Source: Eledone cirrhosa
Lineage: Eukaryota
Assembly: GCA_964016885.1 (NCBI GenBank)
Contig: OZ024749.1
Location: 56,482,001 to 56,546,000, forward strand
DNA: 64,000 nt
Direction of reading: 5' to 3'
The notes under the pieces were generated by a model that saw only the letters and a list, made by a program, of their open reading frames with translations, made no database searches and was not told where the DNA came from. This document shows positions 29,736 to 43,932 of the stretch, one piece after another. The position numbers and the translations under genes are program-made. Numbering within the stretch: the stretch's first letter is position 1; every line of letters begins with the position of its first letter.

Positions 29736-30397
29736 ATATATATAATTTATTTATCTTTTACCTCTTCACAAGAGACAGATATAGATAATATCAAAAGAGA
29801 ACATTTGTTAAATTAATAAACTTTACAAATGGAAAGAAATGAAAACTTATAAGTATGCTGTCTTATGTTTTAAAGCTGATTAGGTGAAAAATTCTCAATT
29901 ATTTTCCTACCATTTAACCAAGTTATGCAAGAAATGCATTAAATGTTATCTGCCATTAAACAATAACAGATTAGGCCCAATGCACTCTATCAATTTACCA
30001 GAATATCAAATAGTATTGGAATTGGTTTCCCTCTCAGATGAACACATTCTACAGATTATTTTGTGATTGATTTACTTAACATTATACTTTACAGAGAATG
30101 TTCAATGTTTGAAATAATATATATATATGTGTGTGTGTTTGTGTGTATGTATATATATATATATATATATATAGAGATGAGTGTGTGTTAGTATATATAT
30201 ATAAAAATACACATACATACACACACACATATATATATATATGAGTGTGTGTATGTATATATATATATATGTATGCATATATCTAAATTGGAAAAAAAAA
30301 GATCTTTTCTTTTTTCTGTGATTAAATCTTTTAGGAAGATGAAAGACAGTTATTCATTTCTGTGTGTCACTATCGGTGTATGTGTGTGCGCGCGCGC

Positions 30398-30458
<61 letters not shown>

Positions 30459-30553
30459 TGTGTGTATCATCATCATCACCATTTAACGTCCATTTTCCAT
30501 GCTTGCATGGGTTACACACATATATACACACATACTTATATACATATACACAC

Positions 30554-30593
<40 letters not shown>

Positions 30594-30899
30594 GCATATA
30601 CGTGTAAATATATATATATATATATAATGTATACATTACATAGAAAGGAATGAAAATTATGATTCTATGACAATCTTTGTTTCGAAATAGACCCATTTAC
30701 TAGAAGACTGAAACATTGAATTTCTCAGTCAACATTTATACAACACAGCATGTGGTGGTGGTGGTGGTGGTGGAGCTGGAGGTGGTGGTGGTGGTAAAGG
30801 GATAGGATGGGAGTGTTCTCTCTCTAAGTATATCTTCTGCCATTGTCAGCAAAATGAGGCAAACAAACCCAATGGACACCAATACAAGAGCTAGTCACT

Positions 30900-31400
30900 T
30901 TAAAAAGTAACATCTCAAATCCACGACCTTCTCATTCCTGGAACTCCACCACTTCCTACCTCTGGCTATACTAGGCCATGTAGAGGCTTGGAGGAACTCC
31001 ACCACTTCCTACCTCTGGCTATACTAGGCCATGTAGAGGCTTGGAGAAACTCCACCACTTCCTACCTCTGGCTATACTAGGCCATGTAGAGGCTTGGAGG
31101 AACTCCACCACTTCCTACCTCTGGCTATACTAGGCCATGTAGAGGCTTGGAGAAACTCCACCACTTCCTACCTCTGGCTATACTAGGCCATGTAGAGGCT
31201 TGGAGGAACTCCACCACTTCCTACCTCTGGCTATACTAGGCCATGTAAAGGCCAACGTATCAGGTCAGATCATCATGCCATCTTGCTTTGATGTCCACTT
31301 TGTCACTAATAGTCTACCTGTTGTCTCTGAGATGAGAAACATGGCCAGCCCATCCATGTTTACCCTTCTTGATGGTCTCAATTATGTCTTTCACTCCTGT
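30900..31400 (-). mobile_element. RTE-clade LINE fragment
   Basis: TGVKDIIETIKKGKHGWAGHVSHLRDNR is typical of the RTE ORF C-terminus. Confidence 0.75.
30940..31247. repeat. 53-bp minisatellite, about 6 copies
   Basis: unit ggaactccaccacttcctacctctggctatactaggccatgtagaggcttgga. Confidence 0.93.
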
Positions 31401-31892
31401 GCCACATGTGGGGAAATGTGGGCTGGTGATAACAGCCACATGTGGGGAAATGTGGGCTGGTGATAACAGCCACATGTGGGGAAATGTGGGCTGGTGATAA
31501 CAGCCACATGTGGGGAAATGTGGGCTGGTGATAACAGCCACAAGTAGGGGAAATGTGGGCTGGTGGTAGCAGCCACATGTGGGGGAAATGTGGACTGGTG
31601 ATAACAGCCACATGTGGGGAAATGTGGGCTGGTGGTAGCAGCCACATGTGGGGGAAATGCGGGCTGGTGATAACAGCCACATGTGGGGAAATGTGGGCTG
31701 GTGATAACAGCCACATGTGGGGAAATGTGGGCTGGTGGTAACAGCCACACGTAGGGGAAATGTGGGATGTTGGTAGCAGCCACATGTGGGGGAAATGTGG
31801 GCTGGTGGTAACAGCCACATGTGGGGAAATGTGAGTTGGTGGTAACATCCACATGTGGGGAAATGTGGGCTGGTGGTAACAGCCACATGTGG
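31401..31892. repeat. 34-bp minisatellite, about 14 copies
   Basis: unit ccacatgtggggaaatgtgggctggtgataacag. Confidence 0.93.
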
Positions 31893-33589
31893 ATGGTGTG
31901 ATACATCAGCAAGAATTACAAGCATAGATTATTGAAGGATATGAAGGAAAATTTGAATGCTAATGAAATAGCTTGAGAGAAATACAACCCTATGTTTCTA
32001 TAACAACCAATAAAACACATTGAAAGATACCAAGTCGATTTATTTCCAATGCTAAATACATAAATATAACTCTTCCAATAATTGTATTTTAAATATATTA
32101 TATTTATCTAAAAAAAAACAAAAAAAAAACATCCATCATAAATTTATGTAAGAATCTTTGTTATGTTATGTCCCGAAACACCGAGTTAATAATGACAAAG
32201 TTGGTTATTGGTTATATTACTAAATTCCTCCAAATTCTTTATTATTTTCGTAAATGTTTGAAATTCATAGGAGGCAGTATCTTTCATTAGAATGAAAAGG
32301 TTAAAGAAAATTAAATATCTTGTTATTCATAGAAAATTATACTTTCAAATTTCATACATGATATACATGTATGAATTCTATAAATATCAAAAGCAAGGAA
32401 TATCCATTACCAATCACAAGAGCTCTAGCCTTCTCACTGTAAATTTTAAAAAAAAATTTCATTTTTGAAGAGCTGCAAACAATAAATTTTCATTTAGTAT
32501 TTTTGTTTAAGTATTTTTGATTTTTTTTTTTTTTTGACAAACACATAAATTTTGTATTTTCTCCCAAAAATTTATTTATCATCTCATAATTCTGAAAGAC
32601 AGAAATTAATTTTTATTTTATTTTTGAAGGATATATGAAATAATTCTTCTTCACTTTTAGCTCTTTCTCTCTCTCTCATATATATATATGTCTCAATCAA
32701 TCTATTTCATTCTCATCTTCGTTCTCACTAATTTTTATATTATTATCATCATCATCATCATCACCATTCTTATTACACTTATTTTTTCCATGTTTGCACG
32801 AGCTGGTTGATTTTTCTCCAGTACACCATCTCACCACTTCTTGTCTTTTATCATCTACTTCATGACATTCACCCTCCTCAGTTCAGCTTTTCCCTACTTC
32901 TTCCAGCATCTCCCTCAGTTTTGCTCTCTTCTGCAATTTCCATCCACTTTCAGTACTCTGCACTCTTTTCCCTACATCTGTTATGCTCCATGTCCATCAT
33001 GTTCCCTCTTCTACATTACATCTGGTTTCTCTTATACACAGTTTTTCAGAGATTCTTGTTTTATTTTCTCTCAGCTCCCCTGTGCTTTGTCGTCCATGTG
33101 TATTACTGGTACACATCCAGTGGAGTATATTCACCCCATTAGTAAACGGTCAGGCCATTTGAAGGACGTAAGACCTTGGCAGGTGATTCCTCCTTATTCC
33201 TTGTATACATCCATATAGTCTTCATGTACACTGGAGTAGACATCATGGAGTAGCCTAACATGTCCCCTTAGTTCTCAGCTATGGGGTATACTCTACATTA
33301 CTGTGGGGGTGGAGGGCATCTCCCAGACACGGTATGAGGGTAAAATATCCAGCATGTGAGCAATGAGGCCTTCAACAGATGGCTGGAAACAGGCTAGGCT
33401 CTCTCTCTCTCTCTGTGTGGCACTAGATAAAGGGAAAGTGAAGGACATCTCCCAGGCACAGTATGAAGGTGAAATAGCCAGCAAACTGAGCAAAGAAACC
33501 TTCAGCAGATGGCTGGAAAGAGGCTGGTCTCTCTCTCTCTCTCTCTCTCTGTAGTGCTAGATAAAAAGGAGATAGAGGGTATCTCCCAG

Positions 33590-34130
33590 GTACAGCATGA
33601 GGATGGAGTAGCCAGAAGTGCCACACTGCTGGTAGTGAGACATGGACAGTGAACACAGAAAACATGCAGAGGCTAGAGAGAAATGAGGCAAACATGTTTC
33701 AATACTGATGTGTAAGATAAACAAAGCATGGATGAACTGAAGAAGAAACTGGGTATAAGAGGTATCAGATATAATGTGCAGGAGAGGAGACTGCGTTGAT
33801 ATCAACATGTGATGTGCATTGATGATGAATGCTGGGTGAAGGAGTGCCAAAATATCCCAATGGAAGGAAGACTAGTAGCAGAAGAGGAAGACCAAGGAAA
33901 ACCTGGATGGAAGTGGTCAGAGCTGATCTCAGATCACTTGAGCTCATGCAAGAGATGATGAAGGAACGCGACAAGTGGAGGAGAGAATGCTACACTGAGA
34001 AGGACTTGTTCAACCCATGCTAGTGTGGAAAAATGGACGCTAAACAGTGGTGGTGGTGGTGGTAGTGATGGTGATGATGATGGTGGTGATGGTGGTGATG
34101 GTGGTGGTGATGGTGATGGTGATGATGATG
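33590..34130 (+). mobile_element. RTE-clade LINE 3' end
   Basis: GRPRKTWMEVVRADL...ERDKWR followed by caacccatgctag..ggacgctaaa tail and (GGT/GAT)n. Confidence 0.8.
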
Positions 34131-34370
34131 ATATAAGTCACGTATTGCATTAGAAATGTAATGATGAAAGGATTAACGACACTAAAGTAAAAGTAACTAA
34201 ACAACAGCAGCAAGAAAAATAATGATTTTACTTAGCTGAAACTAAGCAAATACTTTGCTATAGCTTTTCTGAGAAAATGTGATATAATTATGTGATGTAC
34301 TAGAAAAGTTGTTGCTGACATGACAGATTTATACACCTAAATTAATTTTCAGATGTATTTGGAAAAGACA

Positions 34371-34450
<80 letters not shown>

Positions 34451-34639
34451 GCAGTGATTAATTTTTATTTACTAATTTATTTATTTAGTTATAATTTTAT
34501 TTCATTTTGTTTTATAAGTGCTTCGAACAATTTTTAATTAAGATTTTTGTAATTTAAAGAAAGAAAGTAAGAAAGGACAACTTACACTTTTTCATTTTTA
34601 AGTTAAATGTGTTTTTGGAGCCATACAAATCAAATTATT

Positions 34640-34971
34640 TCAAACTATTCGAAACAGCTGCTCAAAGATCTAGCTAAAGTAAATACGAATCTATTTGTCT
34701 AGAATATCCGTCTTTGAAGAATACTTAAATAAGAACGATCATCCCTTTATCAGTTATAAGAAGATTCTAGGAAGACTGCCAGAAGCGTTACTTCCTGAAG
34801 ACTTATTCATAAGAGTTGAGATAAGTTGCCTCAATGACATAAGGAAAAGATCAACCATTACAAAGAATGTTATTAACTTTCTTCTATTGTGGCAGGAATA
34901 AAGCTTTCACCATATTTCAATTGGCCGGCAATTTAATCCTACACTCAATAGAACACTTGTTTAATTCGAAA

Positions 34972-34975
<4 letters not shown>
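34640..34975 (-). mobile_element. possible Penelope-like element relic
   Basis: Degenerate minus-strand reading FPYVIE...VFRK, weakly like the Penelope RT/GIY-YIG linker; next to (TA)n and the hammerhead at 35094. Confidence 0.3.
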
Positions 34976-35037
<62 letters not shown>

Positions 35038-35093
35038 AGTGAAATTACAGGAGACCAAATATGTTGAATTTCTTTAATTATTTATTTCTTCAA

Positions 35094-35151
35094 ACACTAT
35101 GCACATTTCAGTGGCCAGGTTGTGTAAGAATCCGGTGGCATCTTCAGGTGT
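35094..35151 (-). ncRNA. variant or degenerate type I hammerhead motif
   Basis: ACAC-CTGAAGA-T-GCCA..GG(loop)CC-TGGC-CACT-GAAA-TGTGCA-TA-GTGT; 4 extra nt before GAAA; adjacent to (TA)n and a Penelope-like relic. Confidence 0.6.
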
Positions 35152-35718
35152 AAATTGCGTAATAGATGTATACCAACGGAATGAAGTGAGAAAGAGATAC
35201 AGAGGAAGAAGAATTAACCCCAGTACAACAGATTTCTTCCAGAGAAGGATAGAAATTAAGAGGAAGTGAGGAAGAGATACAGAGGAAGAAGAATTGACCC
35301 CTGTACTAGGATCAAAGAGCTATATTACTAGGAAACCAGGTTACCACTCTCTAGTTGGGATGTCAATATTTTAGTAACATGGCCATTTGAAATGTTTTAA
35401 TGGTAGAATCATCAGAACTTTAGACAAAATGTAAAGCAGTATTGGTTCTGAGATCAAAACCCTGACCAGGTCAACTTAGCTTTCCATCCTTCAGAGGTCG
35501 ATGAAAATAAAATAACAGTCAAGTACAGAGCAGAGGGGGTAATACAATCAGCTTGTTCCTCTTCCTCCTTGACCAAAGATTTCTGGCATCATTCCGGTGT
35601 AGGAAATCAATTTATACCTGATATCCAATTACGAGATGCAAAATCAACAACAATTTCATGTTGAAAAATCACCAGCTTCAGCTTACAACATCTTCTTATA
35701 CGACATTTGTTAAGAGTG

Positions 35719-35756
<38 letters not shown>

Positions 35757-37261
35757 TGTGATTGTGTGTGTGAGTGTGTGTGTATATATGTGTATGTGTG
35801 TGAGTGTGTATGTGTGTGTACATGTGAGTGTGTGTGTGAATGTGTTTATGTATGTGTGTGTACATGTGAGTGTGTGTGAATGTGTTTATGTATGTGTGTG
35901 TACATGTGAGTGTGTGTGTGAATGTGTTTATGTATGTGTGTGTGAGTATGCGTATGCATGTGTGTGTGTGCGTGTGTGTGTGTGTGCCTCTTTATTTATC
36001 CACCAACCATCCAAGATCCAAATATAATAAAAAGAACGAAGAAAAGAAAAGGTCAACATTTTCTGTTCTAAGAATTTAAAGCTACACGTATGTCACAGAG
36101 GAAGACTTTAATAAAAGCAACACCTGTCATCTGAGACATGACTACCGCCGAAAATTATGGCAATTCTCCAAAATACTCTACACAAAATGACTACATCTTC
36201 TTACCATCTCTTACATGGACATCGTTTCAACTTAGTCCTTAATGCACAATCTTTCTCTTCTTTCTTTTGTGATAACCTCTTCAACTTTTAAATACTTGTA
36301 TTGATTATTAAAAGAATTGCGTATTATTCTCAGCTCTGATTACAACATGGCCATCATCTCCTATAGTTCTAACATCAATCATACTAAACAGGAGAAGATT
36401 TCACCGAAATTATAATCAGATTTCACTCAAGACACAAATAGATTTAATTCAAACAAAGTGCCAACAAATCTATTCGGCCAAATTCCAAATTCTCTGTATG
36501 TCATTGAGAAGCCTTAGTCATCTTCTCGAATGAATTAAAGAAAAATATCTGAAAAATTGCTCTACTTAAATCAAATCTCTATCTCGTGCTCCTGTAACAA
36601 CACACCCCAATTAAATGACCAAAATTAATATTCTAACACTTTTAAAGGAAGCAATGCTTATACAAGCTCTCTCATAAACAACAAAACACTACATTTTGTG
36701 TTTAGTGTTTAGGTCAGGGTCGATACTGATTGAGTAGACCTATTATCATAGGAGTTCCTGTTCTAGCTGTGACCATCTAAGCCTTTGTTGTGTATCTTGG
36801 ACTACATGTGTCATTCATTTTTTTTAACCCTTTTGATACCAATCCACCAAAAACTGGCTCTGGCACTTATTTCTCAGACTTCAAAGATGGCAGCCAAAGT
36901 TGACCATGTTGTTGTTATTGTTGTTTGATGTTAAAAATTCATATCAGTATAAGTTTAACCAGAGTTCCTATAAGATTACATCTCATTGGAACTCTCTTTG
37001 GTGCTTTAGGGTCCTCCCAAATCTTATCACATCACCCTTTTTTTTGCTGGTGACAAGGAGTGGGATTTGAACCTAGAATACACACAGAGCTGGAACAAAT
37101 ACTACAAGGTATCTTTCTTGTTTAATACTCTAACAATTCTTCCAATTCACCACCCTCCACTATTTCCTTATTTATCAAGTCTGAAAGGATGAAGGGAAAA
37201 ATTTACCTTCGTGGGATTTGAACTCAGAGCACAGAGAACAGAAACAAATAGTGTAAAATAT

Positions 37262-37513
37262 TTAACTCTTTTGATACCAACCCAACCTAAACCAGCTAAA
37301 ACCAGCCGAAACTGGCCAAAACTGGTTCTGGTTTCATGAAATAACACCACTCATTTTAAAGGGTTCCTATTTAAATTAAACTATTCCAGAATAATTCTAC
37401 ATAAGAACCATTTGTTACTAATAATATCTTCATAATGAAATAATTAATTAAATCTTCATTAATTAATTGAAATTTTTTGTACTTCATTAGATATATGGTA
37501 ATAAAATGGTTAA
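37262..37513. mobile_element. piggyBac-like MITE, second family
   Basis: TTAA|CTCTTTTGATACCA...TGGTAATAAAATGG|TTAA; related pieces at 13200-13680, 36825 and 38100-38195. Confidence 0.6.
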
Positions 37514-37703
37514 AACTAGGAAAATATATGATTGTCAGTATTTGGCTGCTATATCTAGCAGGTAATGTTTGACATTGTAGTGAACATGTAGTGAACAAAA
37601 TATTTTTTTTTTAAATTCATTTTTTTCCGGGGGGGGGGGGGGGGGGGGGTAATGACAGATAATTAAAGTTCTAAAGTCTAAAGTCAATAGAAAAAAGTCT
37701 TAC

Positions 37704-37841
37704 CCCACTGCGGTCACAGAGTCGAAGACTGCTGAAAGAACCAACTACAAATAGTTCACCACTAGGATTCCATGACAATGATGTGATCGGATAGTCAAAG
37801 GCAGAACTGGAGTACATGAGCATTCCAAAGGAATTCCAAAT
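37704..37841 (-). CDS. IFT80: IFT80 coding exon: IWNSFGMLMYSSSAFDYPITSLSWNPSGELFVVGSFSSLRLCDRSG
   Basis: TTCCAG| acceptor, GGG|GTAAGA donor, 138 nt, phase 0-0; GELF.VGSF..LRLCD motif. Confidence 0.96.
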
Positions 37842-38901
37842 CTGGAAATATAACAAAGGAAATTTTACATTTTCAAACTGATGAAAATAAATCTGCAAAA
37901 TTGAGAGAAAATATTTCGTTAGATGTGCAATGTTTAGGTGTGTGAATGACAAAACACAGATGGACTGAGGGAGAAATTAGGTGTAAGAGGAATTTGATGT
38001 AATGTCCAAGAGAGAAGACTGTGCTGGTATGGACATATGTGACATTATAAGGCTTGTGTTTGGAACACAAAAACGATTTTTACATAAAATTATGATAGGT
38101 TTTCAGATAAATATAAATAAATACTTTAAATAAAAAACAATTTTGGGCCACAGAACCAGAAACAGTTTCAGGCAGTTTGGTATCAAAGGGGTTAAGGTAT
38201 TTCTATTTTCTTTCAAGTCATCTATTCTACCTTAAAGTAAGATGTGTGTGTAAGTGTCTGTGTGCATACATGCATATATGTGTGTATGTGTGTGTGTGTG
38301 CCTACATGTATATATATGTGTATATGTGTGTATTCCTGTGGCACAGTTTAAACAACCAAGATAGTTGTTTCCCTTAAGACTGTCATCCTCTGTCTATATC
38401 TATAGCAACATTTGAATCTATGACCTACTTCAAGATTTGCAAATTTTTACAGTTAATTAGTTAATCAATTTTACATTTAATTAATTAATGAAAGTTAAAC
38501 AAGCAGATCTATCAACCAAAAATTACCATTCTGGGAACATTTAACAATAAACATGTCAAAAATTATTTTAAAAATATAAAGCAGGTGCTTGCAAGAACAA
38601 ATTGTAATCTGTAAGTTTTAACTAATTTTTATGCATAATCAAACAGTTAATTAGCATATTTCTTGTGAAAGCAAATATGCACTTTTTTAATTATAGAATA
38701 TTCTAATATTCCATCTAAAAGCTTGTACGAAGTATTCACTAAATTCTCCAGCTAAGTTAAAGTAAATAGCTTAATGAAATGGTTAAATTAATTTGCTATC
38801 TCAGGTGCTGGCCCTTCATCATCATCATCACCCATATTATCCAACATTTAACACTATACATCCATAGCATGCCAGCCTTGTTTCCTTTTTAACCCTTCAT
38901 A

Positions 38902-39109
38902 TGAGAGTCAGCTGAAAAGTTCATAGGCTGACCGAGATACTCTCATGGAATGACCAAATGAGGTTTATTTTTCAACATAGTCCCAGGAAAGAAACAATGC
39001 AGTTATTAATAAAAAAAATTAAAAAAAGTTGAAATTAATGCATGCAAGATTTCACAGCGCTAGCATCACTCCTTCATAGTCATCCTTTGAACTTTTCAGC
39101 CTACCCTTG
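38902..39109. mobile_element. mariner-type MITE
   Basis: TA|TGAGAGTCAGCTGAAAAGTTCA...TGAACTTTTCAGCCTACCCTTG|TA imperfect TIRs. Confidence 0.75.
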
Positions 39110-41548
39110 TATATATTATGCATTCAATGCCCATGTCTTACTAATTTGCAACATCACATTGTGTTTAAATACAATGAAAATATGAGGAAGGATACTTAAT
39201 CCTTACTATCCCAATGATACAAATGTGGGGACAGTGTGTGTGGGGAGAGGGCATACAGACTATCTTTACAAAAGCACAGGACACATCTAATAATGTAGTC
39301 TTTGTCACACTATCTAAAAATATTTTCTTAAAAAAAAAAGAAGAGACATCAGACAGACAGCATAGTCACAGTTCAAATAGCTTTGATCATGGATTTATTT
39401 GCTTAGAGATGACCTAGGGCTAAACTACAACAAAAACAACTACAACCAATTCTTCCACTTTTTTTTTGTTAAAACTTCAAAGAAAATTAAACAATCTTTA
39501 TATAAACATTTCATTGAAAAATTATTGTCACACACGGAAAAAAAAAGAAAAAGAAATGTTTGCCCCTTGATGTTTCCTAGACGCTTCAAAATAACCTCTT
39601 AAATTATCATCTTACCAAAGAAGAAAAACTATAAGCTATAAATATAAGTAATTGTGGCAGTCTGAAATATATATATATTTTTTTTTTTTAGCAATAACCG
39701 AGAAGATGACTTGAAGCAAAATTCAACACCATAAATATATATATATTTTGTTTTTTCTTCAAACTTAATCTACAGAGATTTTAAATAGAAAATATTAAAA
39801 TTGTTCTTATTGTAGCTATAACACCACAGGGTTTCATCTGAAAATCTCAAAAGTGACAACCACTTCAGAAAAATACTGTAAAAATTATGTAATAAATGAT
39901 ATACGTTTTTTTTTGTTGTTGTTGCTGTTTTTTCATTTTTTTTTTTCTTTTATTTAAAAAAAATTTTTTTTGTGTGTGTTTAACCTCTTCAAAAGTTTTT
40001 AAAAAGAATAAGTATTTAAAAAAATATTTATATGATGTGTTTTAAAATAAACAAAGTATCTAAGTATATTTGTTTGGTTTGAGATGACCGGCAGCTAATA
40101 TTTACAACACAACATCTTCTTCATAACCAGGCATGTCTTCTATAGATAAAGAGTTTGATTTGTAACTACATTGTTCCAGGTTTGATCAGGTCAACCAAAG
40201 CCTTACATCAGATAATGGAGGGGAGTGATTTGTGGGAGATTTGATTATTTTTAGGGGGGTTGAATGACTACACAGAGCCTCAGAAGTGTTTCAAAATTTA
40301 AGGGCCAAAACACTTGCTTGAAGGGAAGTGGGGTTTCTTCTTTGAAGACCTTCTGCTGTCCAGCTCTCCTGAGAGTTTCTTACCACTTTAGAATTCATGT
40401 AAAATTCAAAACATTTTTTTAGACATTACTATTTGCCAAATAATTCCTTTTTATGTAACAATGCCAAGAATATTTTAAAAATTAGTGAATTATAAAACTG
40501 TTCCAATGTTTTTATGCTTCAATATTTATTCAGTAAGGAGAGGGAGGCATGTCATTCCATTCATTTATATTTTTTTAAGCTATTTTTTTAAATATTTAGA
40601 TATAAAAGTTTATTCAGATCTCAGAGGTTTAAAAACATCTCAATAGATATTGTTAATATTGATTTTTAATTTAGGCAAAGCATGCAGTCCGATGCTCTAC
40701 CGATTCTGCTCCAATCCACTGCCCTAGATAAAGTATTAATTAATTATTTCTAATTTAGACATATGGCCAGCAAGTTTAGGGGAAGAACAATGTTGATTAA
40801 ATCAACCCCAGTATTTGACTGGTACTTTTTTTTTATTGACCCCAGAAGGATAAAAAGCATCCTTTCAGGCTTGATAAATAAGGAAATAGTGGAGGATGGT
40901 AAATTGGAAGAATTCATTCGTTCTAGACATTAACTCTGCCAGTTGAAGACTGCAGCATCAACATGAGATATTTTTCTCCACAAAGTTTGATCAGAAAGAA
41001 CAGAGTTTAAAGCTTTTCAATTCCAATTACTTGTGCCAAGCTAACTTTGACATGTAAAATTTGGCATATGCTGTGTATTCTAATTTTTTGTATATGAGCC
41101 CACCCCACATCACCCAAACCTTAAGTGCCCCCCCCCCCCGGTCTAAATCTGATCATGAATGTTAAAAATCAATATCATTGTTGTTGTTGTTTTTTGTTTC
41201 TTGTTTCTTTAAGAAATGTTAAAATTTAGAAAAGAAATTTGTGAAAATTAGCCGAAAATTCTTGTATAAGCATCAACAAACAAAAATAGATCGTCTTGGG
41301 AATATACAAGTTTGATTCCTTGTTGATAAGAGGGAACCAGGCAGATCTGATTCATGAAACCCAATTCTCTAGCTTCAGAGATATGACACATATCTTAGAA
41401 ATTGTAGGCAACACATCATCCACTTTCTCAATGTTACCAAAGATATATTTTGTGTAAACAAAATATTTCCCTTTAAGACTACATAAAAGTGCTTTCCAAC
41501 TCATTGTTGCAAGGAAAACATTCTGTATATATATTATAAACATGTGTG

Positions 41549-41600
<52 letters not shown>

Positions 41601-42038
41601 ACGTGTGTATGTGTATATATATATATATATTATATACATGTGTGTATGTATATATATATATATTTATATATATATTTTATATTTCAAACAAGTACTTCAA
41701 CAAAGGCAATGGGAAAATGGCTTTATCTTAGAAATGGTAGCATGACTAAGTTTACTTCTAAAGAAATATATTTTTTTCTTTTTTCTTTACCCCTCTTATG
41801 CAAACTTCCAGTCAATCTTAATTATGTATTCATTAGTTACTAGAGTTTCTAACTTCAGGGATTCATTTAGAAAACATTTTGTTTTCTTTTGTGTGTGTGT
41901 TTGTGTATGTGTTTTTCTATTTCTCCCCACCAAAAAAAAAAAAAAAAAAACCCATCTGACTCATCTACTTATGGAACTTTTCTATCCATTCAATAGTTTA
42001 TTTCAATTTAAGTGATGTCAGTGAGGACACATATAGCC

Positions 42039-42302
42039 ATGACCAAGAGAAAAATGAATATATATTTACAATGAAAATTATTATGTACAGTGCTCAGGTG
42101 CACTACAACTCATCAAAGGTGCATGTATAGAGTGTACACAGAGTGTAAACATCAAGTTTAATAGCCATTTAAAAGCCATTTCTATATTAAACTTGATGTT
42201 TTCACTCTATGTACTATACATGCACCTTTGATGAGTTGTAGTGCACCTGAGCACTGCACACAATTTTCATTATAAATATATATTCATTTTTCTCTTGGCC
42301 AT
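42039..42302. repeat. long imperfect inverted repeat (arms about 120 bp) built from a CR1-like LINE 3' tail
   Basis: ccaagagaaaaatgaatatatattta / taaatatatattcatttttctcttgg and cagtgctcaggtgcactacaactcatcaaaggtgcatgtatag with its reverse complement. Confidence 0.9.
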
Positions 42303-42779
42303 CTACTACATATGTATGTGTGTGTATATATATTTATTTATTTATATATGTAAGGCATTTCTTTCTGGGAATAATAATAAACTAGCTTTTCACGGTGCCA
42401 GTTTCTTTGGTATGAGAGTTTAATGATATTAAAATTCAATTGAAATGGAAGGGGGAGGTAGGATGGAGTTTATGGCATTAATAACAATTCCAATCTACTT
42501 AATATATTGTAAATATAGTTCCATAACAATGGTCTTCTTTTAATATTCCTCACCGTTATTAAGAAAACCAACTTAGAATGCACTGAAACAAGCCGAGTAT
42601 TACTTTCTCAATTTGCATACTTGTATATAATTAGCAACTCAGCCTATTAAGAAACGGAATTAATGAAGAAATTGCTAGAAGACACTGAAGTGCAGATATA
42701 ACTTACACAGAGAGAGAGAGAGAGGGGAAAGGGAGGCAAGAGAAAGGAGAGAGAGAGACACTGAAGTGCAGATATAACT

Positions 42780-42821
<42 letters not shown>

Positions 42822-43559
42822 AGAGAGAGAGACACTGAAGTGCAGATATAACTGAGAGAGAGAGAGCGAGAGGGGAAAGGAAAGGGAGGTGAGAGAAAGG
42901 AGAGAGAGAGGGGGGAGAAAGAAAGGAAGAGAGAGAATGAGAAAGAAAGAAATGAAAATCAAAGTTTGTCTGATATATCTACTTTGTTTATTTTTACATC
43001 ATTAGACTGAAATATCTTGTCTTATTCAAAAAGAATTTTTTAAAATGAAAAAGAAAAAAGAAAACTATATATATAAAAAAAAAAATAATAATAATAATAA
43101 TAATAATTTGAGGGAAATTTCTATAACAGAAATGTTTGCATCTTTTCCTTTCAATTTTATCAGCTGTTGAATGTTACCTTCCCAACCATTTTCTCATGTT
43201 TTCCAATTGATGTATTTTGTCTTTTCCATCAACGTTAATGAATAAGCTTATCATCCCTCTATAAATTCTATAAATTTCTCACTATTAGCCGTAAACTTTG
43301 CACATTTCTTCCACCCTAGATTTCTATTCTATCTGGTTTGAAAATTTAACCATCACATCCGCACATTTCAATAGTAAAACTGTTTATTTTAAAGTATTTT
43401 ATATTTATCTAAAAAAGCTTCCATTATAGTTTTATGTAAGTACTTATGCTAAGTAATATTCAAGACACCAGATTAATAACGAGAAAGTCAGTTATTTTAG
43501 TGAATGGCACCAAATTATCGGTTATTTTCACAATAACCATCTCGCCAACAACAACCCTG

Positions 43560-43932
43560 AGCATCTTTTTGATCTCCATGTGTCTAACACATGTGGACAT
43601 GGCTACAAAGTCAGAAAACAGCACAGCTTCCATGACTTTCAAAAACATTTTTTCATGCTTAGAATTGCTGAAGCATGGAACAAACTGCCTGCATCAGTTG
43701 TTAGCTGCCGAGACACTGCATCCTTTAAAACCCTCATGCTTCCCGAAATTCACCAAAACTACACCTGATGTCCCCCTTCCATACACATGCACACATGTGT
43801 ATATCATGACTCATGCACTGTTCATTTTCCTGACGTTTGTACATTACCCTATGTACTATACATACACTTTTGATGAGTTGTAGTGCACCTGAACACTGTA
43901 CACAATATTTTCATTATTATTATTATTATTAT
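43560..43932 (+). mobile_element. CR1-clade LINE 3' end
   Basis: TCGHGYKVRKQ...KHFFMLRIAEAWNKLPASVV resembles the CR1 ORF2 C-terminus (TRGH..KL...FFS.RV...WN.LP); (ATT)n tail. Confidence 0.85.

Noticed and set aside
41352-41543. 63-aa non-repetitive ORF as a nested or alternative exon
   Set aside because: No recognisable homology; the IFT80 exons on either side already join without a gap.
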